From an uncultured bacterium (GTDB lineage Bacteria > Joyebacterota > Joyebacteria > Joyebacterales > Joyebacteraceae), in assembly GCA_964516845.1 (NCBI GenBank), contig CAZEXP010000002.1:61477-125476 (forward strand): a DNA stretch of 64,000 nt, given 5' to 3'. The notes beneath the pieces are model-generated. The model had not been told where the DNA came from and did no database searches. It saw only the letters and a list, made by a program, of their open reading frames with translations. The position numbers and the translations under genes were made by a program. Numbering within the stretch: the first letter of the stretch is position 1; every line of letters begins with the position of its first letter. Shown here piece by piece: positions 39,116-48,302 of this stretch.

Positions 39116-40000
39116 TTACGCCTCGATATCCTTCTTCGGAATACCCCACCCGAACGTGTCGTTGAGATCGCCGTAACCCGGCAGCGTGTCCGCACCGAAC
39201 TTCCTGCTCAACGAACGAAGGTAGTCGCGGAGTTCGCTCGCCGGAACATCCCGGTCCGCCAGCTGCTTCGTGAGACCCGCGACGACGAGATCGGAAATGA
39301 GATAGATCCCGTACGCCCACGAGAACATCACGCTGTCGCTCCAGAATGCGTCGTGAACGCGGCCCCCGCCCCGCTCGAGGAAGGCAATCATGTGCTGGCG
39401 CCCGTCCACGAACATGACGAGCGCGTCCACCGGCCAGTCGGTCCACAGGCTCGGGAGCTGCGCCCGGTCAATGACCGTCGCGCCTTCGATCTCGGCAGGC
39501 TCATACACCTCGGCAAAGACGTTGATCCCTCGCTCCACCGCCTCCTCGATCGCGGGTCGCAGCTGTGCGAGAGGTCCCGGATAGAGGTCGAGCAGGACCG
39601 TCTGCTCGCATTCGCGGAGCATCCTCCTCGCCCGCTCATACACCTGATCGAGCGAGCTGATGCGGTAGACCCCGCCGCCACCGGCGCGCGGTTTGATCAG
39701 GGAGCGGACCTCGTCGAGCGCCAGCCGCTTCCGGTCCTTGAATCCACGCTCCATCTGGTCGAGCAGTTCCTCGGGAGGCACGGCGGTGCAGAGCCTGAGC
39801 TCTCCCTCGGAGACCAGGATGGCGCCCTTCGTCGCCAGCCCTTCGGCCGCCTGGTAGACGTTGGTCTTCGACCGGCCGATGGCCTTCGCGATGCGGTATC
39901 CGGTCGACGGCGGGTTCTCGAGCAGGTAGACGTAGATCTCGGCTTCGAGCCTTGAGAGTCCGAGCTGCTCGAATGCGTCGACGGCCAGTGTCTGACTCAT
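39116..40000 (-). CDS. TrmB-family transcriptional regulator
   Basis: It has an N-terminal TrmB HTH ('LGLSRLEAEIYVYLLENPPSTGYRIAKAIGRSKTNVYQAAEGL') and a C-terminal TrmB-like domain. Confidence 0.75.
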   Translation of the reverse strand: MSQTLAVDAFEQLGLSRLEAEIYVYLLENPPSTGYRIAKAIGRSKTNVYQAAEGLATKGAILVSEGELRLCTAVPPEELLDQMERGFKDRKRLALDEVRSLIKPRAGGGGVYRISSLDQVYERARRMLRECEQTVLLDLYPGPLAQLRPAIEEAVERGINVFAEVYEPAEIEGATVIDRAQLPSLWTDWPVDALVMFVDGRQHMIAFLERGGGRVHDAFWSDSVMFSWAYGIYLISDLVVAGLTKQLADRDVPASELRDYLRSLSRKFGADTLPGYGDLNDTFGWGIPKKDIEA

Positions 40001-40336
40001 GGGACCCCCTCGATGCTCTCCGGACTCTCCACGGTAGTGGTACTAGGAAGCACCACCATGTCCGGGTCGCTTGAAAAGCCCCCATCCTTAAGGCCTTCTG
40101 GCCGCATCGTCGGGGGCTGCCGCCCTGCGCCCTTCCGGATCCAGATCCCTCGGGGCGCACAGCACCGGGCACATGCCCGGTGCGAGGCAGCAAAGTATCT
40201 GACAACGCATCCATCCGGAGAGTTGAAGCAGAAAGGAGATTATGTTCCCGAATGTGTGTTCAGTCTTATGGGGCGGTCTTCGCTCCCCGGACGGTCTTCG
40301 CTCTCCGGACCGCGCCCCGCCTCCCCACGCGCGGTC

Positions 40337-42865
40337 CTACCAGTAGCGCTCGGACATGAATGCCTGAATGCTCTCGTTCAGATCGAGCACGAACCCGTGC
40401 TCGGGCTGGTACGAATAGTCGGGCGCCTGAGCCTCCGGAGGCAGCAGCGAACCCTGGAAGCCACCTTCATCAATGAAGAACGAGAGGCTCGTCCCGCCGT
40501 GATAGTCATTCCCGCCGGCGCGTCCCACTCCCGGAGGGTAATCATATGCGTCGTCCCCCCCGCGGTCGATGAAGAAGCAGACGCTGTTGTGCGCCGAGGC
40601 GCCAAGCGAGAAGAACGCGCCGCCGTCGTACGTATCGTCGCCGGCCTCGTCGAGAAAGAGCGTGACCGATTCGTCCCAGGCAAGCCCCTGTGCGACGCCC
40701 TGTCGTGTGGTGTAACTGTCGTTCCCTCCGGACTCGAGGAACACGCCCACCGCCTGGTGCGCGCAGAAGCCCTGATTGTATCGCGAGCCGATGTAGACGT
40801 CGTCCTCGGGGCCTCCGGCTGCGAGCACACCCATGCCGTAGTAGTAGCCGCCGCCCTGCGAGAAGTTGCCCGCCTCCATCCGGTCGCTACCGCCGCCGTC
40901 GAGCAGCAGACCCAGTCCGCCGGACGCAAGTGTGCGGAACCCCATGCCGCACCCCTGCGACCAGGCGTCGAAGATGCCGTCATCCCCGTACCCGGTCGGA
41001 TACAGACCCTTCGCGTAGTATTCGTCGTCCCCGGCGCGGTCCGCGATGATCCCGATACCGCCGGCAAGCCCACACGCCTGCACGTGACAGTCGCCCTCGT
41101 ACCGGTCGGCGCCCGAGACGTCCAGCAGGATCCCGACACCGAACAGCCCGACGCCCTGGCAGAACGTCCGGCCGCGGTAGACATCGTCGCCTCCCGCGTC
41201 GTGGAGCCAACCGACACCAAGGTAGCCGGTCCCCTGCGCCCACTGGATGCCGACGTACTCGTCGTCACCCGAGAGGTCGAGCAGAGCGCCGACTCCAAGA
41301 CAGCCGGTTCCCTGGCAGCTCGTCGTGGTCGATTCGTATGCGTCGTCGCCGATGACGTCGATGAGGATCGAGACGGGAACGTCCCACCCGGTCGCTCCGC
41401 CCGCGCTCCCCGTGTAGAAGTCATCGCCGCCGACATCCAGCAGAAACGCCACGTTCTCCTCGCGGTGCCAGTCGTCGCCTGTCCCCGCGATGATGATCCG
41501 GCCATACTCGGTCTCGCGCTCGGCGAGGATCGGATTGCGAAGCGAGTCGTGCATCGCTGCAACGAGAAGCGCGACGGCCTGCGAGGTCCACACGTGGTTC
41601 GTGAGCGACGCCGCAACATCCGCGCACTCCATCAGCGCGCCGTAGTCGATATGCGCGGCAATATCGATGATGCGCTTGCTCCGCGCGAATCGCTCGCGGT
41701 CCCCGTCGAAGTGGATGTACGTCTCCCCCGCGAACGCGTCCGAGAGATCCCATCGGTACTCGGCCAGGAACGCGCGGTCTTCGTCCGAGAGCGCGGCGAA
41801 CGCCATCGCGTGATAGCCGGCAGCGCGCTCGAGCGCCGCCTCGATGCCGGCGAGCAGCAGCTCGACCGCGGTTTCACCTTCTGCCCCTGGAGCGCCGGCG
41901 TCATCGCTCGCCATGGCGCCGGATGGGATCGCCCCCACGCCCGGGTCCGGCAGCGCCCGCGCGGGCTCGAACATCGGAACGAGCACACGCGCCGCGACCT
42001 CAAGCAACCCCGCGGCATCCTCAAGCTCCCCGGCAGCATCGTGGCCCGCGGCGCAGTCCGAGACCAGCGAGCGTGTGACGCCCTCGAGCCGGAACGGGTC
42101 GCGATGGACGTAGATCATCGTCTCGAGACGGTACGGGTCGCTCCCCGCGTGGCAGCGCGCCAGCCGCTCGAGCAAATCTTCGGTGTCACGACGTACGTCG
42201 AACTCACCGAGGAGCGACCAGACGGCCCCCGTCTGCTCGGCGATCGGATAGTGAGTGCCTCGCTCAATCTCTCGGTTCGTGCGCGGGGCCGGCCACCGCG
42301 CCTCGGGGCGGAGTCCGAGAACGACGGGAACCATCTTGACCACGCGCTCTGTCGACGCCCCGGCCGTCAGGCTCTCCCCCGGCTTGAGTGCGCCGACGAC
42401 GCGGTCGGGCTCCATCCAGAACAGCCTGCCTGATTCGATCTCGTCGATCACGGCGGAACCCGTCGTCGCGAAGGCACGGTCGACGGCGTCCCGGATGACG
42501 AGGAGCGGGAACGGTGAACCGGCCTTCCTGCCATCGAGACGCGACGCGAACTCAGCTCGGGCGCTGTCGGCCACACACTGGAACGGTCTCCCGGACGCGG
42601 CGACGATGACGTCGCCCTCCAGGAGTCCCCCTCGCTCCGCCGGCGAGCCCGGAAAGACGACGGTCACGCGGAGACCCGACCGCGCCTCCTTGAACAACTC
42701 GGATCCCCACGCGCCATCGGGCACCAGAGGGAGTTCGGCAACGGCCTCGGTGTAGACGCCGAGCCATCCGCGGTCGTCGACCGCAGGAACGTCCTGCCCG
42801 GCGGCCGGAACAACCGCCAGCGAGAGGACGAGAACGACCAGCAGGGTGAGGATCGCCGCCTTCAT
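40337..42865 (-). CDS. Secreted PDZ-domain protein with C-terminal ~27-aa 'LLDxxGxDxY...QGxG' beta-solenoid-like repeat array
   Basis: It has a signal peptide, a PDZ domain ('GLRVTVVFPGSPAERGGLLEGDVIVAASG') and about 11 tandem degenerate repeats. Its start overlaps the upstream VOC stop in an ATGA arrangement. Confidence 0.65.
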   Translation of the reverse strand: MKAAILTLLVVLVLSLAVVPAAGQDVPAVDDRGWLGVYTEAVAELPLVPDGAWGSELFKEARSGLRVTVVFPGSPAERGGLLEGDVIVAASGRPFQCVADSARAEFASRLDGRKAGSPFPLLVIRDAVDRAFATTGSAVIDEIESGRLFWMEPDRVVGALKPGESLTAGASTERVVKMVPVVLGLRPEARWPAPRTNREIERGTHYPIAEQTGAVWSLLGEFDVRRDTEDLLERLARCHAGSDPYRLETMIYVHRDPFRLEGVTRSLVSDCAAGHDAAGELEDAAGLLEVAARVLVPMFEPARALPDPGVGAIPSGAMASDDAGAPGAEGETAVELLLAGIEAALERAAGYHAMAFAALSDEDRAFLAEYRWDLSDAFAGETYIHFDGDRERFARSKRIIDIAAHIDYGALMECADVAASLTNHVWTSQAVALLVAAMHDSLRNPILAERETEYGRIIIAGTGDDWHREENVAFLLDVGGDDFYTGSAGGATGWDVPVSILIDVIGDDAYESTTTSCQGTGCLGVGALLDLSGDDEYVGIQWAQGTGYLGVGWLHDAGGDDVYRGRTFCQGVGLFGVGILLDVSGADRYEGDCHVQACGLAGGIGIIADRAGDDEYYAKGLYPTGYGDDGIFDAWSQGCGMGFRTLASGGLGLLLDGGGSDRMEAGNFSQGGGYYYGMGVLAAGGPEDDVYIGSRYNQGFCAHQAVGVFLESGGNDSYTTRQGVAQGLAWDESVTLFLDEAGDDTYDGGAFFSLGASAHNSVCFFIDRGGDDAYDYPPGVGRAGGNDYHGGTSLSFFIDEGGFQGSLLPPEAQAPDYSYQPEHGFVLDLNESIQAFMSERYW

Positions 42866-43236
42866 GAGACGCTCCAATCCGCGTTGTCGAACCGCTGGAT
42901 CTCGAGCAGGTACCCGTTGGGATCCCTGAAGAAGCAGTGGTAGATGCCGTACTCGGCGTTCGCCGCCGGCGGCTTTTCGAACGGAACGCCGGCTTCCCTG
43001 AGCCTTGCATACCAACCGTCCACATCATCCGTCACAAGTGTGAGGATCACACCCGCCGGTCGGTCCGCCTCCGCTCTGCCACAGAACCCGAGATAGGCGT
43101 TCTCTGCCGTGCGGTAGATCCGACACCCACCCTGGTCGAGCGTGAGAACGAGACCAACGAGTTCCTCATAGAAGCGCGCGGTCGTATCGAGGTCGTTCGT
43201 GTAACAGAACGTGATCTGCGCATCGAAGAGTTCCAT
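42862..43236 (-). CDS. VOC (glyoxalase/bleomycin-resistance/dioxygenase) family protein
   Basis: A 124-aa VOC fold. The start is set at 'MELFDAQ'. Confidence 0.6.
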   Translation of the reverse strand: MELFDAQITFCYTNDLDTTARFYEELVGLVLTLDQGGCRIYRTAENAYLGFCGRAEADRPAGVILTLVTDDVDGWYARLREAGVPFEKPPAANAEYGIYHCFFRDPNGYLLEIQRFDNADWSVS

Positions 43237-43250
43237 GTCGTTCCTTCCCG

Positions 43251-44126
43251 CTACCGGATCGAAAGCTCGAGTCCGTACCGGTCGATATCGAAGCAGATGC
43301 TCGCCTGGAAATGAGCCGGGTCGCGGACCCACGGCAGGTACTCCGCCATCTCGTCGAGATGTCCGCGTGCGGTCGTGTCGTGCGCGATCACCCAGGCGTC
43401 CGGCGCGAGCTTGTCGTAGTAGCGCTTGAGGAGCTCCAGGTAGAGAAACTCGGAACCATCTTCCGGCTTGGCCTCAACGTAGAGGAAGTCGATCGGCCCC
43501 TCGATCTGATCGATGACATCCCGTCCGTCGCCGGTGATGATGGTCACGGCATCGGTGTTCGGAAGCGTCGCGAAGTTCGCCCGCGCCTTCTCACACATTG
43601 TCACATCGATGTCGACTCCGTAGATGCGCTCTGCGCGATACTCGGGCGACGGACCGATCGCCGGACCACCGAAGTACGCCAGCGTATACCCCCAGAAGCT
43701 CCCCAGTTCGAGCAGGACCTTCGGCTGCCGCACCGCGGTCAGCGTGTAGACGAGACGTTCCATGACGTCGCTGAACGAGGTCCACGCCCCGTCGAACTTC
43801 TCGATGCGCTCCCTCATCTCGAGGAACACGTCGCGGTCGTACGCACCGGCCGCCGGACCGATCAACCCATGCTCCCGCAGGAGATCGAGCGCCCCCTCGA
43901 TGGCCGATTCCTCATCCGGAGTGTGCCCGAGCATCAGCAGCAGATCGTAGTCGCGATAGCCTATCTCGCTCCGCAGCCCGCCCTCCGCTTCGGCGTTGAA
44001 GCGCGCATCGCTTCGCACCCACTCCTTCTCCCGCAGGTACGCGACCGCCTTGTCGATCGTCTCCTGTGAATGCATGTATCGCAGTATCTTCAATGGTGTT
44101 TCTCCCCGAGTCTCGCAGCGATGCAC
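43251..44126 (-). CDS. Class I SAM-dependent O-methyltransferase (family 3 / caffeoyl-CoA OMT-like)
   Basis: 'LELGSFWGYTLAYF' is motif I within an O-MTase_3-like fold. An alternative start lies at 44075. Confidence 0.6.
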   Translation of the reverse strand: MHRCETRGETPLKILRYMHSQETIDKAVAYLREKEWVRSDARFNAEAEGGLRSEIGYRDYDLLLMLGHTPDEESAIEGALDLLREHGLIGPAAGAYDRDVFLEMRERIEKFDGAWTSFSDVMERLVYTLTAVRQPKVLLELGSFWGYTLAYFGGPAIGPSPEYRAERIYGVDIDVTMCEKARANFATLPNTDAVTIITGDGRDVIDQIEGPIDFLYVEAKPEDGSEFLYLELLKRYYDKLAPDAWVIAHDTTARGHLDEMAEYLPWVRDPAHFQASICFDIDRYGLELSIR

Positions 44127-44134
44127 GACCGGCT

Positions 44135-44998
44135 CTAGAGCAGTCTCTCCTGGAACCTCTCGATGCTCAGCGGCGCCGAGCCCTCGTAGTGGTTGTTGAC
44201 GTTGACGTACACATTCACTCCCCGGCTGAGCAGATCCTTCGTCACACCGGCAATAGCCGACAGCTCGTCGTCTTTCGGCGCCACGATGCGGTCCCAGACC
44301 TTGCCCGTGTGCTTCTCGATGCCCTGGCGGTTCGGGCCGTGCAGCCGGATGACGACGGTGTCGCGCTTCGCCAGCTCATCTCTCCACGTGATGTAGAGCT
44401 CGACGATCGACGGCATGTAGTAGCCCTGGAGCAGCACGGGAATGACCGAGTGCTTCTCAATGAGCTCGAAGAACGGACCGTCGAGCCACTTAGGGTTCCT
44501 GAGTTCCACACCGAACCTGTATCCCCCGGGCAGCCCTTCGAGGAACGGACCGAGCACTTCGAGGAACGCCTTCTTCGACTTCATCTTCTGCCGGTTGAGG
44601 TACTCGAACTGGAACATCACCGGACCGAGCGTGTCTCGCATGGGCTCGAGCGTCTCGAGAAACCGCTCCACAAGCTCGAGCGAGAGGAAGTGCGGGTTCG
44701 GCTCGAGCTCCTGCATCTTCGATTTGCGGTAGTGGTGCGTCAGCGTGACGCTGTTCGGCGCCTTGACGGTGAACCGGAACGTATCCGGGACGGCGGCGCA
44801 GTACGACGCGACGTCCGATGCGTCCGGCAGACGCACGGTGTCACCCTTGAACAGCGACCAGAACCATTGATCGATCTCGACGGTGTCGTACTTCGCCGCG
44901 TACTCCGCCAGGAAGTCGATACCCTCGGGGGCCGAATAGACCAGACCGGTCCACGACCGGTACTTCCAGCTGGAGGTCCCGATCCTCAGTTCAACCAT
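44135..44998 (-). CDS. DUF72 (UPF0759/YecE-like) family protein
   Basis: 'RIGTSSWKYRSW' and the overall DUF72 pattern are present. Confidence 0.7.
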   Translation of the reverse strand: MVELRIGTSSWKYRSWTGLVYSAPEGIDFLAEYAAKYDTVEIDQWFWSLFKGDTVRLPDASDVASYCAAVPDTFRFTVKAPNSVTLTHHYRKSKMQELEPNPHFLSLELVERFLETLEPMRDTLGPVMFQFEYLNRQKMKSKKAFLEVLGPFLEGLPGGYRFGVELRNPKWLDGPFFELIEKHSVIPVLLQGYYMPSIVELYITWRDELAKRDTVVIRLHGPNRQGIEKHTGKVWDRIVAPKDDELSAIAGVTKDLLSRGVNVYVNVNNHYEGSAPLSIERFQERLL

Positions 44999-45602
44999 CG
45001 GTCTCCTCGTCCGCGACGTCCCCGGACACACCAGGCATGTCGCCTGTCGGCACCCGGGCTTCCTCCAGAGGGAACACCTGCCGGCGGCGCCACATCCCCT
45101 CCTCGTGCGTCATCAGCGACACCTCGCGGACGTCCACCGTGATGATCTCCTCCCGCATGGCCACCTCTACCTCCGTGCAGATCCGAGCGAGCTCCGCCGG
45201 CTCCTCCGCGTGCGCGACCGTCAGATGCGGATCGGGCTCGTCCACGGCACCGCCGTAGGGTGGATAGTCCGGGTAGCGTCCGCACGTCACCTCGGTGAGG
45301 CGATCGAGAGGCTCTCTCGGCTCCGGCACAAGGAAGAGCACGTCCGAGAACTGGCCAAGCCGAGGAAGCGTGAACGTGAACCGCGGAACCTTCGAGTAGA
45401 GCTCCCACAGATCCGCCAACAACTCCTCGGTGATGTCCTCGACACCAACGAACGGGAAGAGCACCGTGATGTGAGCGGGCATTCCAAGCGGCGCCACGGG
45501 ATCATACCGCTGGCGGAACGGGCCGACGAGTTCCTCGGCCTGCGGCACCTCAATGACGAGCGCCGATGTTCCCTTCGCTGAGGCCGCCCCCTTCGCCTTC
45601 AC
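44991..45602 (-). CDS. 2H phosphoesterase superfamily protein (2'-5' RNA ligase-like, LigT family)
   Basis: Two H-x-T-x motifs ('HITVL' and 'HLTVA') are spaced appropriately. Confidence 0.65.
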   Translation of the reverse strand: MKAKGAASAKGTSALVIEVPQAEELVGPFRQRYDPVAPLGMPAHITVLFPFVGVEDITEELLADLWELYSKVPRFTFTLPRLGQFSDVLFLVPEPREPLDRLTEVTCGRYPDYPPYGGAVDEPDPHLTVAHAEEPAELARICTEVEVAMREEIITVDVREVSLMTHEEGMWRRRQVFPLEEARVPTGDMPGVSGDVADEETDG

Positions 45603-46540
45603 GCGACCTCCGAGTCATCGAGCTCCCACTCGTACTCGTACGGCTCAAGACATCTGAACCCGGCGTCTTTGAGTGACTTCAGAGCCGATTCGTTGAAGAC
45701 CGGCATCAGATCGGCACGGTAGTGCAGACCGAAGTAGCGCTGGGCCATCGTGATGAACCCGCGGTCTGCGATTCCGCTGACGGTCTTCGCCGCCTCGTCG
45801 TCGCCGTGGATGCGGCGGACGACCTTCTCGATGGTTGCGACGCGCTCGGCCAACGCCTCGATCTCCGCGTGGTTGTACTTCGCGGCGTATGCCGCTCGCA
45901 GTTCATCGTCCGGAAGCTCCGTATACCGCTCGGCGTGAACGAACACGGGCGGCGGCAGCTTCCGGCGTGGTTCCGGGCGCGTCTTCGGATATCCGAGGCT
46001 CAGAAGCACGACCGGGAAGACGCCGGCGGGCATGCCAAGCATCTCGCGGAGCTCGGTGAAACTCGACATGATGCTCCCGACGTAGACCGAGCCGAGCCCG
46101 AGTGCATCTGCCGCCGTGCAGATGTTCTGCGCCGCGATGACGGTGTCCTGGAGCGCGATCCAGAACGACATGAATGCGTCGCGCGCGGAGAACGGAGCGC
46201 CTTCGAGTCTCGCCCACCGCTCGAGCCTGTGGTAATCGATGCAGAAAACGAGAGCCACGGGAGCGCGCGAGATGAACCGCTGCGCGCCGCACATCTCCGT
46301 CAGCCGGTCCTTCGTGTCCTGTTCGCGCACAGCGATGATCGAGTACGGCTGGAGGTTCCCGCCGGTCGGCGCGTGAGCCGCCGCACGCATGATGTCGTTG
46401 AAGACGTCGTCCGGGATCTCGCGGCTCTCGAAGTCACGAACGCTTGCGCGCTCGAGAAGCAGTCGCATCGTGTCGTTCTCGTGGCCCCCGGCGCTGCCGT
46501 GAGGACCGTGGTGGGACGGCATCTCGCTGCTGTTGGTCAT
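45599..46540 (-). CDS. Nitroreductase-family protein with C-terminal extension
   Basis: 'LERASVRDF', 'GGNLQPY' and other nitroreductase motifs are present. The start is at the ATG preceded by GGAGG, and the stop overlaps the LigT start (ATGA). Confidence 0.7.
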   Translation of the reverse strand: MTNSSEMPSHHGPHGSAGGHENDTMRLLLERASVRDFESREIPDDVFNDIMRAAAHAPTGGNLQPYSIIAVREQDTKDRLTEMCGAQRFISRAPVALVFCIDYHRLERWARLEGAPFSARDAFMSFWIALQDTVIAAQNICTAADALGLGSVYVGSIMSSFTELREMLGMPAGVFPVVLLSLGYPKTRPEPRRKLPPPVFVHAERYTELPDDELRAAYAAKYNHAEIEALAERVATIEKVVRRIHGDDEAAKTVSGIADRGFITMAQRYFGLHYRADLMPVFNESALKSLKDAGFRCLEPYEYEWELDDSEVA

Positions 46541-46565
46541 GCAACCTCCGGGTGTTGTGCGCCGG

Positions 46566-47447
46566 CTATGTCGTGAGCCGCTGTTCCGGCTCGTCTGGCT
46601 CAATGTGGACGACGACCTCGAGCACGTCACACCCGCACTCGAGCACTCTAACCTTCACCGCCTCCGCGACGTCGTGCCCGTGCTGAACGGACATCGTCGG
46701 GTCGACAAGCACATGGACATCGACAGCGACCCGCCCCCCGAGCTTCCTGGCGCGCATCTCGTGGTGAATGCGCACACCCGGCGTCCCGGCGATGCACTTG
46801 TTGATACGGTCCATGATCTCGCCGGATGGCGCGCTGTCGACGAGCTCCTCCAGACTCTCACGCATGATGCTGACGGCAACGACCGCGAGGAAGGCTGCCA
46901 GCACGATGGCGACGACGTGATCGAGGAAGGCCCACGCCGGTCCCCCGAGGAGCACCCCCGCCAGACCGGCCGCCGCTGCGACCGATGTGAACGCATCCGT
47001 CCGGTGATGCCACGCATTGGCGAGGAGCGAGGAATCCCGCTCCCGCTCTCCCACGGCACGGGTCACGCGGTAGAGAAGCTCCTTGAGCGGGATGGAGACG
47101 AGCGCCATGGCGAGCGGCACCGCCGCTCGTATCACACCGTGCGGCTGGCGAAGCGTCGCGATCGCGGACCACGCGATCCACGCCGCGGCTGCGAACAGCG
47201 AGACACCCACGAACGCCGCGACCAGGGTCGTGACCCGCCGGTGTCCGTACTGGTGATTGGCGTCCGCGGGCCTGTCGGACACGCGGAGACCGGCGAGCAC
47301 CATCACGTCGGTGACAAGGTCGGACAAACTGTGGAGCCCGTCAGCCAGGATGATCTGACTCCCGAACAGGACACCCGATACGATCTTCCCTGCCGCGAGA
47401 CTCGTGTTGATCCAGAATCCGAGCCATGTCACACCCTGTCTGGTCAT
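46566..47447 (-). CDS. Cation diffusion facilitator family transporter
   Basis: It has the CDF signature 'ILADGLHSLSD', 6 TM helices and a C-terminal cytoplasmic domain. Confidence 0.85.
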   Translation of the reverse strand: MTRQGVTWLGFWINTSLAAGKIVSGVLFGSQIILADGLHSLSDLVTDVMVLAGLRVSDRPADANHQYGHRRVTTLVAAFVGVSLFAAAAWIAWSAIATLRQPHGVIRAAVPLAMALVSIPLKELLYRVTRAVGERERDSSLLANAWHHRTDAFTSVAAAAGLAGVLLGGPAWAFLDHVVAIVLAAFLAVVAVSIMRESLEELVDSAPSGEIMDRINKCIAGTPGVRIHHEMRARKLGGRVAVDVHVLVDPTMSVQHGHDVAEAVKVRVLECGCDVLEVVVHIEPDEPEQRLTT

Positions 47448-47549
47448 CGCCGTTCTCCCCCGCGCGTGAGACCACTCGTCCGTCTGGTGCGATTGTGCCC
47501 TGACAGCGAGCGTGATTCAAGGCCAACACTGGGATGATCCCGGAATTCA

Positions 47550-47558
47550 TGATAGAAT
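47550..47558 (+). promoter_or_regulatory. Extended -10 element (TGaTAGAAT) upstream of beta-helix gene
   Basis: An AT-rich TGnTAnAAT lies in a GC-rich intergenic region, about 45 nt upstream of the signal-peptide Met at 47604. Confidence 0.4.
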
Positions 47559-47603
47559 AGCAGAAACTGCGCGATGAACACCGGGTTCCGGAGTGATGCA
47601 CCG

Positions 47604-48302
47604 ATGCGCACTGCAAGGACGCGCCCGATAAAAACGCTCCTGCCGTTTCTCGCTCTCGTGGTCCTGACCACATCCGCGAGTGCCGTGTCGCTCCGTGAGG
47701 CCTACGAAACCGCGGGTCCCGGCGGCGGCTATGACCGCCTCGTCACGCTCCAGACCGGTCGGGTCTACACAGGCGGCCTTCTCATCGGTCCGGTTCTCTC
47801 GCCGCGCGGCTGGGGTCTCGAAGGTGAGCCCGGCGAGGACGTCAAGATCGTGGGCAACGGCGCCATCCTCGACCTGCGCGGCGAGCAGATCTGCATCTCC
47901 TACTGCGACAACCGTCTCGACATCGAGGACTGCGTCATTCTCCGCGGCAACATCCGCTTCCGCGGCATCGACACGTTCGACCACTACGAGATCCCGACGG
48001 GCTCCGTCCGCTACTGCACGTTCTATGAACCCCACGACTACGGCGTGCGTCTCCAGGGCACGGGGTCGGGCGTCACGCTCGAGCGCAACATAGTCGTCGA
48101 CGCGGTCTCCACGGGACCCGACTTCCTCTATGTCAACGGCTGGTCGAGCGACTGGTTGCCCACCGGCGCGAGCTTCGCGCCGAGCGTCCAGACGGGGCTC
48201 TACGGCTACGCGACCATCTGCGACAACTGGACCTACCACAGCGACTACCATGCGAACTCCGACTCACTCCGCCACTTCGTGTTCCTCTGCGAGTATGGCT
48301 GA
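47604..48302 (+). CDS. Secreted right-handed beta-helix protein, N-terminal portion (ends at in-frame TGA)
   Basis: It has a signal peptide ('MRTARTRPIKTLLPFLALVVLTTSASA') and beta-helix-like repeats. The next ORF continues in the same frame. Confidence 0.6.
   Translation: MRTARTRPIKTLLPFLALVVLTTSASAVSLREAYETAGPGGGYDRLVTLQTGRVYTGGLLIGPVLSPRGWGLEGEPGEDVKIVGNGAILDLRGEQICISYCDNRLDIEDCVILRGNIRFRGIDTFDHYEIPTGSVRYCTFYEPHDYGVRLQGTGSGVTLERNIVVDAVSTGPDFLYVNGWSSDWLPTGASFAPSVQTGLYGYATICDNWTYHSDYHANSDSLRHFVFLCEYG

Noticed and set aside
40225-40345. Plus-strand small ORF with strong AAAGGAG RBS (MFPNVCSVLWGGLRSPDGL...) downstream of the PDZ gene
   Set aside because: It is antisense and overlaps the 3' end of the PDZ gene. 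It is low-complexity and continues into a clearly spurious 806-aa frame.
48300-48302. Selenocysteine at the in-frame TGA of the beta-helix gene
   Set aside because: The context ('CEYG_VIPTAW') does not resemble a redox motif. No SECIS-like hairpin is evident just downstream, and no other selenoprotein signal is seen.
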